Assembly: GCA_965661685.1 (NCBI GenBank)
Contig: CBFIET010000175.1
Span: 20,160 to 84,159, forward strand
Length of the DNA: 64,000 nt
Origin: Planctomycetota bacterium
GTDB taxonomy: Bacteria > Planctomycetota > UBA8108 > UBA1146
Reading direction: 5' to 3'
Positions 26,536-39,255 of the stretch are shown here, piece by piece. The notes beneath the pieces were generated by a model that searched no databases, had not been told where the DNA came from, and was given only the letters and a program-made list of their open reading frames with translations. Positions within the stretch are counted from its first letter, which is position 1. Each line of letters starts with the position of its first letter. Both the position numbers and the translations under genes were made by a program.

Positions 26536-27497
26536 AGGAAGCCGAGGCTTCTTTCGGTTCTCCGACTGGTGATGTCGCATCCTCGATTCTGATCACGGGA
26601 TCCTCTGGCATGGTTGGTTCCGCCGTGATCCGGCACCTCGGTTCGACAGATTTTCGCATCATGAAAGCGGTCAGAAGGCCTCCCCGGGCACCTGATGAGG
26701 TTCTCTGGCGACCACTGTCTCCTCCGGAGCAACTTCCCGACGAAGAAATCGCTGCCTTCGAAGGAATCGATCATGTCTTGCACCTGGCGGGAGAAAATCT
26801 CGCCCAGGGTCGCTGGACGACCTCGAGAAAGAAGAGGTTCCGGTCGAGCCGGATCGACGCAACCCGCAATCTCACCTCACTCCTCCAGCGGCTCCAGCGA
26901 CCACCCAGGTCCTTTGTCTCGGCGAGTGCGATCGGTGGATACCCAGCGACCTCCGATGACATCATTACCGAGTCCACTCCATTCACCGGTGGATTTCTTG
27001 GTGATCTTTGTCGCGACTGGGAGTCCGCCGCAAGTGCCCTCGATAACCGGAAGACCCGCGTCGCACATCTTCGAATCGGTCTCGTCCTGTCCCCATCGGG
27101 AGGAGTCCTGAAGAAGTTGCTACCTCTGTTTCGCTGCTTTCTTGGTAGCCGACTGGGATCAGGTAAGCAGTGGATGAGCTGGATAGACCTGGAAGATCTG
27201 GTGCAGATCATCCTGCTGGCAATCGCCGATGATTCGATTTCCGGAGCCATCAATTGCGTGGCCCCAGAACCTGTGAGGAACAGGGAATTTACCAGGCAAC
27301 TGGCGGCAGCCGTTCACCGACCGACCGCCCCCCCCATCCCTGACGCGCTGATCCGGCTCCTTTACGGCGAGATGGGACAGGCGCTGCTCCTTCAAGGGCC
27401 AAAGGTGCTCCCGACCAAACTCCTGGAGAGCGGTTACAGGTTTTTACGTCCTTCCCTGAAGGCAGCACTGCAACATCAGGTGAACTCCAACCGCTGA
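26532..27497 (+). CDS. YfcH-type (TIGR01777) NAD-dependent epimerase/dehydratase with C-terminal DUF1731
   Basis: ILITGSSGMVGSAVIRHL Rossmann motif. About 310 aa. Its start overlaps the upstream stop. Confidence 0.8.
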   Translation: MKEAEASFGSPTGDVASSILITGSSGMVGSAVIRHLGSTDFRIMKAVRRPPRAPDEVLWRPLSPPEQLPDEEIAAFEGIDHVLHLAGENLAQGRWTTSRKKRFRSSRIDATRNLTSLLQRLQRPPRSFVSASAIGGYPATSDDIITESTPFTGGFLGDLCRDWESAASALDNRKTRVAHLRIGLVLSPSGGVLKKLLPLFRCFLGSRLGSGKQWMSWIDLEDLVQIILLAIADDSISGAINCVAPEPVRNREFTRQLAAAVHRPTAPPIPDALIRLLYGEMGQALLLQGPKVLPTKLLESGYRFLRPSLKAALQHQVNSNR

Positions 27498-27630
27498 TCC
27501 TCATGCCAGAATCAATGCGACAGGAACCGTGCTCTCGCTTCGATGGCACATCGGATCTCGCTAGATACCGTCTCCGATCAAACTTATCATTCGTGGGCCT
27601 GGGTGGAGGGCCGTTCGCAAGGGGGATGAT

Positions 27631-30600
27631 TTGAGATCTGTTTGCTTCGTACTGGTGATGGCGTTTCTCACCGTACTACCCATCGGGTGTACCGGTCCTG
27701 ACGATTCACCATCGAAACAGATGCTGGATCTCCATCTTCTCGGCTTGAATTTTCTCTCTCAGCACAAGTTTGAAGATGCAGAGAAGACCCTTCAGCAACT
27801 GGTGAATGAAGCGCCTTCCGCCTTCGTCCCCCGCTTCAACCTGGCGATTGCGCAGTTGAATCAAGCGGAAAAAGGTGTCAAAAATGCGCTGCTGAACCTG
27901 CAGGCCGCAGATCGACTGAAGCCAGACTCTGCCCGCGTTCACTACTGCATCGGCATCATCGAACGATTCAATGGAAACGAAGAAGCCGCTCTGAGCTCCT
28001 TCCAGCGGGCACTTCATCTGGCAGCGCGCGACGCAGACTGCCATTACCAGGTTGCCATCGGACTGCTGAGAAGCGGCAAGAACTCGGAAGCACTTCCCCA
28101 TTTCGAGATGGCGGTACAACTCGATCCAACAATTCGAGGCGCATGGAACAACCTGCAACTTGCCTGGCGGCGGACTGGACAGAAAGAAAAAGCAGACGAA
28201 GCACTGGCTACCTTTCGAGAACTGGAATCAACCGGCAGGGGAAGAGCTCACAGCACCAAGTACACCGAGCAGGGAAAGATCGCCGAAGCAATTCGAGACT
28301 GGTCTCCAGCGAGGACCATCGGACCGGCTCCGAAGTGCAAGATGATGGAACCGGTTCTGATTTCAGGTGCAGTGGATGGCGAATTTCCGCCGTATTCCCT
28401 CGTTGATCTCGACCTCGACTGTATTGCTGATCTGTGGATCGCCGGCTCGAAGCCAGTGGTCTACGATCTCACCGAGGCCCCGAAAATCATCGAGTCCACC
28501 CTCCCCCTTCATGACTCCACCTGCTTCGCCGTCGGGGATGTCGATGAGGATGGAATCCCCGATCTGGCCGTCTCTGATCCCTCGTCGGTGAAAATCTACC
28601 GTGGCAAGGAGGGGCGTAATCCTGATTTCTCTGAACTGATCTCAACGGTCGATGTCAGTTGCTCCGATCTGATGCTCGCGGATATCGACATGGAGGGAGA
28701 CCTCGACCTACTGCTAGCGGGTTCCCGATCGGTGAGTCTGGCCCTCAATGAGGGAAGGCAGTTTCGATCACTGGCTGACTCCCCTTCCCTTTCCAGCAGC
28801 AGCACTGCACACACCATCGTCGCTGTTCGAGATCTCGATGGAGATCATGACCCCGATCTACTGGTAAACGGGGAGACCCTCTTGTGGATTGCCGGGGCTC
28901 CACAGTGGAAATTCGAGGAAAGTCCGGCCGACCGCCCACTGATCGGTAGCGGAGAACTGAAGCCTCAATCGGTAGTGCTCGTCGACCTGGTCGGCGACAA
29001 CCGTTCCGAACTTGTCGCGCTGGAGAACTCCAGGGTGAAAATCTATCGACGCTCCGCTTCCAGCACTTCGGAAGCCGGCAAGGCCATCTTCGAGGGTTCA
29101 GTGCCAGTGCCCTCCGAGATACTCGGCCAATCCTACTCTCAGCTTGCCGCAGTGGATCTCGATCTCGACGGCCAGCAGGAACTCCTGCTTCTGAACCCAG
29201 ATCGTACCTCGATCCTCTACAACAGCGCAGGAGTCCTCGAGCTGTCAACTTCCACCCTTCCGGGTGCGGTGAATGTTCTCGCTGCTGATGTCGATGGAGA
29301 TGGTGACCTCGATCTTGTCTTTCAGAAACAAGACGGTTCTCTGTGGCTCTCCAGAAATCAACTGGAGAAGGAAACGAACCAGCCACACTCGTTTCGTGCT
29401 CACCTCGGTGGGCGCAGGGATGGTGACGACCGTCGTACCAACCTTCTCGGTTTCGGTGCTCGACTGGAATTGAGGAATTCAAATCACTCGGTGCTGGCAT
29501 TCCAGGAGGGAAGCCGGGGCCACCGTTCCCGTGGCTTGCTACCGGTGATTGTCGGTACAGGATCCGCCACCCTGCTCAGCAGCCTCATCATCGACTGGCC
29601 CGATGGAGTTCTTCAGGGGGAGATCGATGTGGAACTCGATCGATGCCAGCAGATCGAAGAGGTGCAACGAAAGTCCTCCTCATGTCCGGTTCTCTTCACC
29701 TTTGACGGTCAGAGCTGGAACTTCATCACCGATTTCATGGGTGGAGGAGGGCTCGGTTTCTGGGTCGGACCCGACGAATATGCCCCTCCGGAACCGACCG
29801 AGGTGGTGCGCATCGCCCCCGAGTCTCTGAGACCTGTGGGAGATCGGCTGTTGCTCAGCATCATGGAACCGATGCAGGAGATCTGCTACGCCGATCGCCT
29901 GGCACTGCTGGCGGTCGATCATCCCGGCGAGACATCCTGCTACCCCGAGGAGTTCTTCCCCATCCAGGCGGCCCCCCCTTCGGGAGATCCGATGTTGCTA
30001 CAGCGAAGTTCACGAATCTTTCCTGCGTCGATTCGAGATGCTAGCAGTGAACTGGCGGTGGAGACGATTCTCGAGGTCGATCGCAAGTACGCAGGGCCCC
30101 GGGCGTTGGTTCCCGATCATGTAGGGTACTGTGAAGACCAGGTTTGGGAGTTCTCTTTCGATGAGGTGCCGACAGGGGATCAGATTGCACTGTTTCTCGA
30201 TGGCTGGGTGGAGTATCCGTACTCCCGCATCAACTTTGCAGCATGGCAGGGCGACAAGAGGTTACAGGCTCCAACATTTCGCTACCGAGGCTCCGATGAC
30301 GAACCGTGGCAACTACTCTGCCAGGAGCTGGGATACCCAGCGGGGATGCCCAAGACGATGGTTCTCGATGTCTCCGATATCATCTCTCGTGGAGCTCGTC
30401 AGATTCGAATCGAATCAAACCTGGAGCTCTACTGGGATCGGATCTTTCTGGCACCAGTCGCCGCTCCGTCACCACGCCAGATCCATTCCATCCCCATCCA
30501 CTCCGCAACGATGCGAGATGGAGGCTATCCGAGGGAGTACAGCGATGACGGCGAACTACCCGCCACCTACCACTACGAGGAGCGAGATCCAACTCTTGAT

Positions 30601-30933
30601 TACCGCCCGATGGAACGAGGTCATGTCACTAGCTACGGCGAGGTGAAAGAACTTCTTGAAACTGCCGATGATCGTTTCGTCATCATCGGCGGAGGAGATG
30701 AATTGCTGATCGAGTTCGATGCTTCGCAACTTCCGGAACTTCCGGCCGGATGGCAGCGGACCTGGCTCCTCGACACCTTTGGCTGGTGCAAGGATCTCGA
30801 TCCGTTGACGGGGGCTCGCAGTAGCGTCGGTCCGCTACCCTTCCGCGGCATGAGCCAGTATCCCCCGGCTGCTGACGATCGTGCTCCAGACAGAAGCCGC
30901 TACCAGAACCAGTGGAACACCCGGCGCGACTAG
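27631..30933 (+). CDS. 1100-aa secreted protein: N-terminal TPR repeats, FG-GAP/VCBS propeller repeats, large conserved C-terminal domain (possibly CRTAC1 / ASPIC-UnbV-like)
   Basis: Signal MRSVCFVLVMAFLTVLPIGC. TPR-like helices in the first ~180 aa. Loops DVDEDGIPDLAVSD, DIDMEGDLDLLLAG, DLDGDHDPDLLVNG, DVDGDGDLDLVF. Confidence 0.7.
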   Translation: MRSVCFVLVMAFLTVLPIGCTGPDDSPSKQMLDLHLLGLNFLSQHKFEDAEKTLQQLVNEAPSAFVPRFNLAIAQLNQAEKGVKNALLNLQAADRLKPDSARVHYCIGIIERFNGNEEAALSSFQRALHLAARDADCHYQVAIGLLRSGKNSEALPHFEMAVQLDPTIRGAWNNLQLAWRRTGQKEKADEALATFRELESTGRGRAHSTKYTEQGKIAEAIRDWSPARTIGPAPKCKMMEPVLISGAVDGEFPPYSLVDLDLDCIADLWIAGSKPVVYDLTEAPKIIESTLPLHDSTCFAVGDVDEDGIPDLAVSDPSSVKIYRGKEGRNPDFSELISTVDVSCSDLMLADIDMEGDLDLLLAGSRSVSLALNEGRQFRSLADSPSLSSSSTAHTIVAVRDLDGDHDPDLLVNGETLLWIAGAPQWKFEESPADRPLIGSGELKPQSVVLVDLVGDNRSELVALENSRVKIYRRSASSTSEAGKAIFEGSVPVPSEILGQSYSQLAAVDLDLDGQQELLLLNPDRTSILYNSAGVLELSTSTLPGAVNVLAADVDGDGDLDLVFQKQDGSLWLSRNQLEKETNQPHSFRAHLGGRRDGDDRRTNLLGFGARLELRNSNHSVLAFQEGSRGHRSRGLLPVIVGTGSATLLSSLIIDWPDGVLQGEIDVELDRCQQIEEVQRKSSSCPVLFTFDGQSWNFITDFMGGGGLGFWVGPDEYAPPEPTEVVRIAPESLRPVGDRLLLSIMEPMQEICYADRLALLAVDHPGETSCYPEEFFPIQAAPPSGDPMLLQRSSRIFPASIRDASSELAVETILEVDRKYAGPRALVPDHVGYCEDQVWEFSFDEVPTGDQIALFLDGWVEYPYSRINFAAWQGDKRLQAPTFRYRGSDDEPWQLLCQELGYPAGMPKTMVLDVSDIISRGARQIRIESNLELYWDRIFLAPVAAPSPRQIHSIPIHSATMRDGGYPREYSDDGELPATYHYEERDPTLDYRPMERGHVTSYGEVKELLETADDRFVIIGGGDELLIEFDASQLPELPAGWQRTWLLDTFGWCKDLDPLTGARSSVGPLPFRGMSQYPPAADDRAPDRSRYQNQWNTRRD

Positions 30934-30934
30934 T

Positions 30935-32620
<1,686 letters not shown>

Positions 32621-32653
32621 CTCGAGATACGCTCCATCTGCACGGTGATTTGT

Positions 32654-32881
<228 letters not shown>

Positions 32882-32964
32882 GATCACCCTTCTCCAATCT
32901 CTCGAGTTGGCTCCAACAGAGCTTCCAGGTCGTATATGGTAAAGACTCAGGAGCGTGTCTACCA

Positions 32965-34353
32965 GTGGACCTGGAAAGGTTTGGAGGAGAGATGGAAGAT
33001 GTCATCAAGCGGCTCGCTGGAAGCCGGCAGGAGCACATCGATAGACTGATTGATTGGCTGAAGATTCCAAGCATTTCGACCGATAGCCACAGAACAGATG
33101 AAGTCCGCAGGGCAGCATCCTGGATCGAGGAGGAACTGACCAGTGCTGGTTTCGAGGCTCGAATCGACGAAACCGATGGCCACCCGGTCTGTTTCGCCTC
33201 CTGGACCGGCGCCCCGGGGGCCCCGACGGTACTGATCTACGGGCACTATGACGTGCAACCGCCCGAACCGCTGGAACTGTGGCGACATGGAGCCTTCGAA
33301 CCAACGCTTGAAGGGGACGACCTCATCGCGCGAGGAGCCACCGACGACAAGGGACAGGTTCTGGCCCTGGTGAGGGGGATCGGAGGAGCACTTCAGGAGA
33401 GAGGGTCCCTGCCGGTAAATGTGAAGTTTCTCATCGAGGGAGAAGAGGAGATCGGATCGCCAAACCTGGCTCCATATATCGAGAGACACAAGGAGGAGTT
33501 GACCGCAGATGTTGCAGTGATCTCCGACTGCTCTCAGTTCGCTCCGGGAATTCCAGCCATCACCGTTGCTCTCAAGGGTCTCGTCTACCTGGAGATTCAT
33601 CTTCAGGGTCCGAATCGTGACCTTCATTCCGGGTCGTTCGGTGGTTCGGTGGAAAATCCAGCAAACGCCCTGACGAGAATCCTCGGATCGCTCCGGGATG
33701 AAGAGGGGCGCATCACCATCCCGGGTTTCTACGACACCGTTCGAGACCTGACACCTGCGGAGAGAAGCGATTTCGCCGCCCTCCCCTTCGACGAGGTCGG
33801 ATTCACGAAAGATCTCGGAGTGCCCCACGTCCACGGCGAACAGGGCTGGACGACGCTGGAGAGAAAAGGCGCCCGACCGACACTCGATATCAACGGATTA
33901 CTGAGCGGGTGGACGGGAGAGGGAGCCAAGACGGTACTCCCCGCCCATGCCAGTGCCAAACTCTCGATGCGACTGGTCCCTGACCAGGATCCACTGGAGA
34001 TCGAGAAGCTGGTTTCCGACCACCTTCGATCTCTCTGTCCCTCCAGTTGCACCATCGAGGTGAGTACTCACCACGGAGCGGAACCGGTCCTGGTGGAACG
34101 TGACAGTCCCTGGCTGGAAGCGGCAGCACGCGCGGTGGAAAAGGGATTCGGTAAATCGCCGGTGTATATCCGCGAAGGTGGATCGATCCCGGTGGTCAGC
34201 GATCTCAAGAGGATTCTCGACATCGATACCATCCTGCTCGGTCTCGGGTTGCCAGATGACAACGCACATTCTCCCAATGAGAAGTTCAACATGCCCGACT
34301 ACCAGCGAGGTATTGAAACTGCTGCCTGGCTACTCGAGGAGATCTCCAGGTGA
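32965..34353 (+). CDS. M20-family dipeptidase (ArgE/DapE/PepV-like)
   Basis: VLIYGHYDVQPPEP...ARGATDDKGQV...FLIEGEEEIGS. M20 metal-binding blocks plus a dimerisation domain. Confidence 0.85.
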   Translation: MDLERFGGEMEDVIKRLAGSRQEHIDRLIDWLKIPSISTDSHRTDEVRRAASWIEEELTSAGFEARIDETDGHPVCFASWTGAPGAPTVLIYGHYDVQPPEPLELWRHGAFEPTLEGDDLIARGATDDKGQVLALVRGIGGALQERGSLPVNVKFLIEGEEEIGSPNLAPYIERHKEELTADVAVISDCSQFAPGIPAITVALKGLVYLEIHLQGPNRDLHSGSFGGSVENPANALTRILGSLRDEEGRITIPGFYDTVRDLTPAERSDFAALPFDEVGFTKDLGVPHVHGEQGWTTLERKGARPTLDINGLLSGWTGEGAKTVLPAHASAKLSMRLVPDQDPLEIEKLVSDHLRSLCPSSCTIEVSTHHGAEPVLVERDSPWLEAAARAVEKGFGKSPVYIREGGSIPVVSDLKRILDIDTILLGLGLPDDNAHSPNEKFNMPDYQRGIETAAWLLEEISR

Positions 34354-35045
34354 TCCAGTTCAGGCCAGCGAAGGATCGAGGCGCTGCAGACCACGGTTGG
34401 CTCCGAAGTCTCCATGCGTTCAGTTTCGCCGAGTATCACGACAGCGACTGGATGGGCTGGAGAACTCTCCGGGTGATGAACGAGGACTGGATCGCCGGTG
34501 GTACCGGCTTCCCCTCTCATCCCCATCGAGAGATGGAGATCATCACCGTCGTGCTCTCTGGAGCCATCGCCCATGAAGACTCGATGGGCAATTCGGGAAT
34601 CCTCACAGCTGGAGAAGTTCAGGTGATGAGTGCTGGAGGGGGCATCGTCCACAGCGAAAAGAACCCCTACTCGGAAGAACTTCATCTCTACCAGATCTGG
34701 ATCTTTCCTCGGCAACAGGGGATCGATTCCCGCTACGATCAAAAATCCTTCGATCCACAACAACGGCGTGATCGCTGGCAGTTACTCGTCTCTTCTGATG
34801 GGGAAGCTGACTCCCTCACCATCTGCCAGAACGCCAGGTTGTCTCGCCGACTGCAACGGGGAGGATCGACGATCGAGAACTCCATCGACGAAACGGAGGG
34901 CCACTGGATCCAGGTGATCTCCGGGTCGGTACAGCTGGAAGGCAAGACGATGACCGCCGGTGATGGTGTGGGAATCGAATCCGTTTCCAGATACCAGCTG
35001 GATGTGATCGACGAAGCCGATCTGCTGCTGTTCGAACTGCGCTGA
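34350..35045 (+). CDS. Pirin-family cupin protein
   Basis: GFPSHPHREMEIITVVLSGAIAHEDSMGN...VQVMSAGGGIVHSEKN. The start overlaps the M20 stop. Confidence 0.85.
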   Translation: MIQFRPAKDRGAADHGWLRSLHAFSFAEYHDSDWMGWRTLRVMNEDWIAGGTGFPSHPHREMEIITVVLSGAIAHEDSMGNSGILTAGEVQVMSAGGGIVHSEKNPYSEELHLYQIWIFPRQQGIDSRYDQKSFDPQQRRDRWQLLVSSDGEADSLTICQNARLSRRLQRGGSTIENSIDETEGHWIQVISGSVQLEGKTMTAGDGVGIESVSRYQLDVIDEADLLLFELR

Positions 35046-35046
35046 A

Positions 35047-36600
35047 TCAGCGTCGCCAGGTCATCGGCAAGAAGATCAGTAGAACGGCGTAGATTTCCAG
35101 CCTACCGATCAGCATCAGCAGGATCATCAGCACCTTCCCCGCCGTGGGAATATCTGCATAGTTCTCCAGGGGTCCGACTCCAGCGATACCGGGACCGATG
35201 TTTCCCAGAGTTGCGAGGGAAGCTCCCACCGCGGTCAAAAGATGATCATCTTCAAGGGAACCAGGAACCTGCGACGACTCGACACTCTCGAGACTTCCCG
35301 CTCCATGTGACCAACCCGGATCAAGGATGAAGGAGAAGGAGAGAATCGCGATGAAGAACAGCAGGAACCACAGGGCCAGAATTCCCACGACCCTCGATAT
35401 CACTTCCCGCTCGACCGCTTCGCCACCGATCTTGATGGGTAGTACGGCGTTAGGATGGATCAGAAGTGCAATTTCCCGCATACCAAACTTGATCAACGTG
35501 AGCACCCTGAAGATCTTCACTCCCCCGACTGTACTTCCAGCACACCCTCCGACCACCATCAATACCATGAGCACAACTCTACACGCGTTTGGCCAGTGAT
35601 CGTAATCTGCAGTCACGAACCCTGAGGTGGTTCCGATCGATGCCACCTGAAAACTGGCGTATCGGAAGCACTCACCGAGAGTGTCGTACTTCTCGGGGTG
35701 GATCACTCGATCGGGATAGGATCCGAGGTGCAGCATGAAGGTCATGAAAAGGATCACGCTGATCATCATGATCGCGAAGAACTTGAACTCACTGTCCTTG
35801 AAGTACAGGTTTCTTCCCTGAAACAACGCCCGGTAGTGCAACACGAAGTTGATTCCTGCCAGGAGCATGAAGACGGTGATCACGGAATCGACATACCAGC
35901 TGTCAAAAGCAGCAATACTTTCATTGCGGGTGGAAAAGCCCGCTGTTGCCATGGTGCAGAAGGCATGGTTCACCGCATCGAACCAATCCATCACCGGTAG
36001 TAGTAACAGGAACTCGAGAAGGGTGAGGAGCGTGTACAACCCCCACAACATCAGGGCTGTTTGCGCCATCCTCGGGGCGAGTTTCTCGGTCGTTGGACCG
36101 GGAAGTTCCGCTCGCATCATCTGGATGCTGCCGGAACCGAGCAGGGGCAGTACCGCCACCGTCAACACGACGATTCCCATGCCACCGAGCCACTGTGTCA
36201 GTGATCTCCAGAAGAGCAGGCCCGCCGGCAATGCTTCGATGTCTCCGAGAATGGTTGCTCCGGTTGTAGTGAATCCACTCATCGTCTCGAAGTACGCATC
36301 GAGGAGACTGGGGATTCCTCCAGGTGCCAACCAGAAGGGTAGCGATCCGAAGAAACTGAGAACTCCCCAACCGAGAGCGACCACTGCAAATGCTTCGCGT
36401 GATCGGAGTTCTTTCTGATGGCCACGATTGAATCCCCACAGTAGCACTCCGCAGGCGACGCAAATTCCCATCGTCTTGATGAATGCTGGAATCTCGAGGC
36501 TGGAATCGCATCCGAACGCAACCAGCGTCGGAACCAACAGGATCGCTGCCAGCGTCAAGATCAGGAGGCCGAGTACCGCCAGCAGAGGACGGTATCTCAC
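35047..36600 (-). CDS. trkH: Trk/Ktr-family K+ transporter membrane subunit
   Basis: 517 aa, polytopic. Repeated pore-like segments GFTTTGATI, GFSTRNES and TTSGFVTAD. Confidence 0.85.
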   Translation of the reverse strand: MRYRPLLAVLGLLILTLAAILLVPTLVAFGCDSSLEIPAFIKTMGICVACGVLLWGFNRGHQKELRSREAFAVVALGWGVLSFFGSLPFWLAPGGIPSLLDAYFETMSGFTTTGATILGDIEALPAGLLFWRSLTQWLGGMGIVVLTVAVLPLLGSGSIQMMRAELPGPTTEKLAPRMAQTALMLWGLYTLLTLLEFLLLLPVMDWFDAVNHAFCTMATAGFSTRNESIAAFDSWYVDSVITVFMLLAGINFVLHYRALFQGRNLYFKDSEFKFFAIMMISVILFMTFMLHLGSYPDRVIHPEKYDTLGECFRYASFQVASIGTTSGFVTADYDHWPNACRVVLMVLMVVGGCAGSTVGGVKIFRVLTLIKFGMREIALLIHPNAVLPIKIGGEAVEREVISRVVGILALWFLLFFIAILSFSFILDPGWSHGAGSLESVESSQVPGSLEDDHLLTAVGASLATLGNIGPGIAGVGPLENYADIPTAGKVLMILLMLIGRLEIYAVLLIFLPMTWRR

Positions 36601-37961
36601 TTCAGAAGACCCTTCTTGCGAGTGAACAGGTTTTCCATCTTTGCAACAGCTTCGGGCAAGGCGAAGACGATGATGTGATCTCCCGCCTGGATCATTGACT
36701 CTCCGGTGGCGATGGTGACCTCATCACCCCTCTGTATCGCTCCTATGATGCTTCCACTTGGCACCTTCAGATCCTTGACCTGCTTCCCGCAGACCCACAT
36801 CGCCTCGTCGATTTCGTACTCCCTGGCTTCGGCTCCGGAGTCTCCCACCTGGGATACATTGACCACTCTTCCCCGGCGCAAGGCCCGCAAGATCACGCTG
36901 ACGGTAATCCTGCGCGGGTTGATCGCCTCTCCCACAGCTGCCTGCTTGAGAATCGGCAAGAACTGACTCTGCTCGGTTCGAATCATGACCCGTTTGACGC
37001 CTAGCTTGTTGACCAGCAAAGCGTTGGTCAGATTCTCTGCATCTTCTTTTTCCAGCGAGAGGAAAAAGTCGGCTTCTCCGATTCGATTTTCTTCTGCAAA
37101 AGCTGGATCGGTGATGTTGCCGTGCAGAACCAAAGTTTTTCCTAGTTTTTCGGAAGCGACCTCTGCTGCAACTCTATCTTTTTCTACCATCACGATTGAA
37201 CGTACCATTCCCTCCAACCGACTGGCAGTCTCGATACCAAGGGGGGTCGCTCCAGCGATGATCACCTGATCGACCAGTTCCAGTTCGGGATGAACCAGTT
37301 TCCTGAAGTCGTCCATCAGCGCCTTCTGGAGAAGAACGTAGATCTGGTCCCCCGCTCGAAGTTGATCGTCTCCCCTCGGGATGACGAGACCCTCGTCACG
37401 AGAGATGGCCACGATCAATCCGGGAATTCGATCGTACTTCTGCTGGAGCTCTTTCAGCACGAGGCCGTCGAGAGTCGATCCTTTCGATACTCCGTACCCC
37501 CACAGTTCGATTTCCCCGTGAGCAAACTCGAAGACATCAAATGAACCCGGATTTTTGACGAGCCGGACCAGCTTCTCAGCTGCAGCAAGAACCGGATTGA
37601 CGGTGAGGTCTGCTCCGTAGTCTTCCTTCTGCAGTGGAGAAGCATCGGAGGAGAGTTCGGCATTACGAAGCCTCACGACGATTTTCTTTGCGCCGAGGCT
37701 CTTGGCAAGATGGCTGACAACGATGTTGGTCTCATCGCGATCGGTCACCGCGATGACGAGATTTGCGCTATCGGCTTTTGCTTTTCTCAGGATTCTCGGG
37801 CTAGCAGCATTTCCCTGGATGGCCTGTACGTTGAGTCGCTCATCGATTCGATGAACCAGATCGGAGTTCGAATCGATGATGGTGATCTGATGTCCTTCGG
37901 CAGAAAGCCGCTCAGCCAGGTGAAACCCGACCACACCTGCACCCACGATAACGATACGCAT
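36597..37961 (-). CDS. trkA: Trk system NAD-binding regulatory subunit
   Basis: MRIVIVGAGVVGFHLAERL plus a second Rossmann motif VIIAGATPLGIETA and two RCK_C domains. Overlaps the trkH start. Confidence 0.88.
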   Translation of the reverse strand: MRIVIVGAGVVGFHLAERLSAEGHQITIIDSNSDLVHRIDERLNVQAIQGNAASPRILRKAKADSANLVIAVTDRDETNIVVSHLAKSLGAKKIVVRLRNAELSSDASPLQKEDYGADLTVNPVLAAAEKLVRLVKNPGSFDVFEFAHGEIELWGYGVSKGSTLDGLVLKELQQKYDRIPGLIVAISRDEGLVIPRGDDQLRAGDQIYVLLQKALMDDFRKLVHPELELVDQVIIAGATPLGIETASRLEGMVRSIVMVEKDRVAAEVASEKLGKTLVLHGNITDPAFAEENRIGEADFFLSLEKEDAENLTNALLVNKLGVKRVMIRTEQSQFLPILKQAAVGEAINPRRITVSVILRALRRGRVVNVSQVGDSGAEAREYEIDEAMWVCGKQVKDLKVPSGSIIGAIQRGDEVTIATGESMIQAGDHIIVFALPEAVAKMENLFTRKKGLLK

Positions 37962-38220
37962 TACTTCTCCTGGCCGTTGTACTGGTCACTTCGAGGTCGA
38001 CTTTGTTCGCCACGGGCCACTCCTGCTAGATGATAGTCCTGTCGCAATTATTCGCCACCATTGCTAACTGACTGGATCCCACGACCAGAACGGATATCCT
38101 GCTCTGGAGCGACCCTGTACCTCTCTGACGGCATTTTCGAGGAAAGGAAACAGACTGATGTTTCTGGCGATGAAGCCTCCTGGTATCGGGGTCGATGGGC
38201 AACCATTGTACAATTTGGCG

Positions 38221-39240
38221 ATGAGATCAGCGGCTATCCTGGGCCTCCTGTGGCTCACCTCTCTGTGGTTGACCTGCTCCCCGGCGACCGCTCAGGAACT
38301 ACCCCTGGTGAATGGATTTGCTGCTCGGATCAACGGCAAGGTGATCACTCTCGCCGAACTCGACATGGCAGTGAATCGTCAGTTATCCGCAAGAAGGGAT
38401 CAGATTCCGCCAGAGGATATGCAGGTGGCCAAGAATCAACTTCGCCCTCTGATGCTGAAGAGTCTCATCGAACGGGAACTACTTCTTGGTCGCGCCCTCC
38501 AGGATGAAATTCGATTGCCCGCGGGCGCCGTTGATCAATACCTTCAAAAAACCGTCGACAACCTGAGCAGGGTCGAAGGAACTCGTTACTCCGTCGATGA
38601 TTATCTTTCCATCTGGGAGAGACAATTTGGCGAGGGGGAAGCCGATCTTCGCAAACGGCTGTCGGAAGAACTCAAGATCGATGCCCTACGCCATGAAAAC
38701 ATTCGCGTCACGAGGACCATCTCCCCGAAAGCACTCCGGGAATACTATCTTTCCAACCAGGAAGAATTCACCGGCGAAAGCCACCTGTTGTTCCGACAGA
38801 TACTGATCGCCTCGGATGATCCTGACTCGAACAAGATGATGACCGAAATCAATCGCTCCATCGATTCCGATGCTTCCTTTGAAGAACTTGTCAAGGAATG
38901 GTCGATGGGGCCTCGTAAAGATATCGGTGGACTCTATTCGGTAACTGAAGAAGAACTCGATCAGAGATTTCCACCGGTCCCTGAAGTGGTCAGAGAACTG
39001 AAGCCAAACGAGATCTCCGATTGGTTCATGTGCCGCGGCTATAACCACAAGATCCTGCTGGTCGAAAAGAAGCCGGGGATTCCCCTGGAGTTTTCCAGGG
39101 CTCAGGGTCAGATCCGCATGATCCTGATCAACAAACTCGAGTCGAAACGAAAAATCGAATTCGAGCGGGAACTGTGGGAGGAAGCGACCATCGAGGTCTT
39201 CATCCCTGGCGTTCAGTTACCGAAAAAGTTCGAGCAATAA
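38221..39240 (+). CDS. Periplasmic peptidyl-prolyl isomerase/chaperone (SurA N-terminal domain plus parvulin/PpiC domain)
   Basis: Signal MRSAAILGLLWLTSLWLTCSPATAQE. SurA_N-like INGKVITLAELD. PpiC-type domain around HLLFRQILIASD. Confidence 0.7.
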   Translation: MRSAAILGLLWLTSLWLTCSPATAQELPLVNGFAARINGKVITLAELDMAVNRQLSARRDQIPPEDMQVAKNQLRPLMLKSLIERELLLGRALQDEIRLPAGAVDQYLQKTVDNLSRVEGTRYSVDDYLSIWERQFGEGEADLRKRLSEELKIDALRHENIRVTRTISPKALREYYLSNQEEFTGESHLLFRQILIASDDPDSNKMMTEINRSIDSDASFEELVKEWSMGPRKDIGGLYSVTEEELDQRFPPVPEVVRELKPNEISDWFMCRGYNHKILLVEKKPGIPLEFSRAQGQIRMILINKLESKRKIEFERELWEEATIEVFIPGVQLPKKFEQ

Positions 39241-39255
39241 CAAGTCAGCAGGTTC

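Noticed and set aside
37962-38220. Small ORF MIVLSQLFATIAN in the trkA / surA-like intergenic region, as a leader peptide
   Set aside because: No RBS and no conservation cues. It is too short to support from sequence alone.
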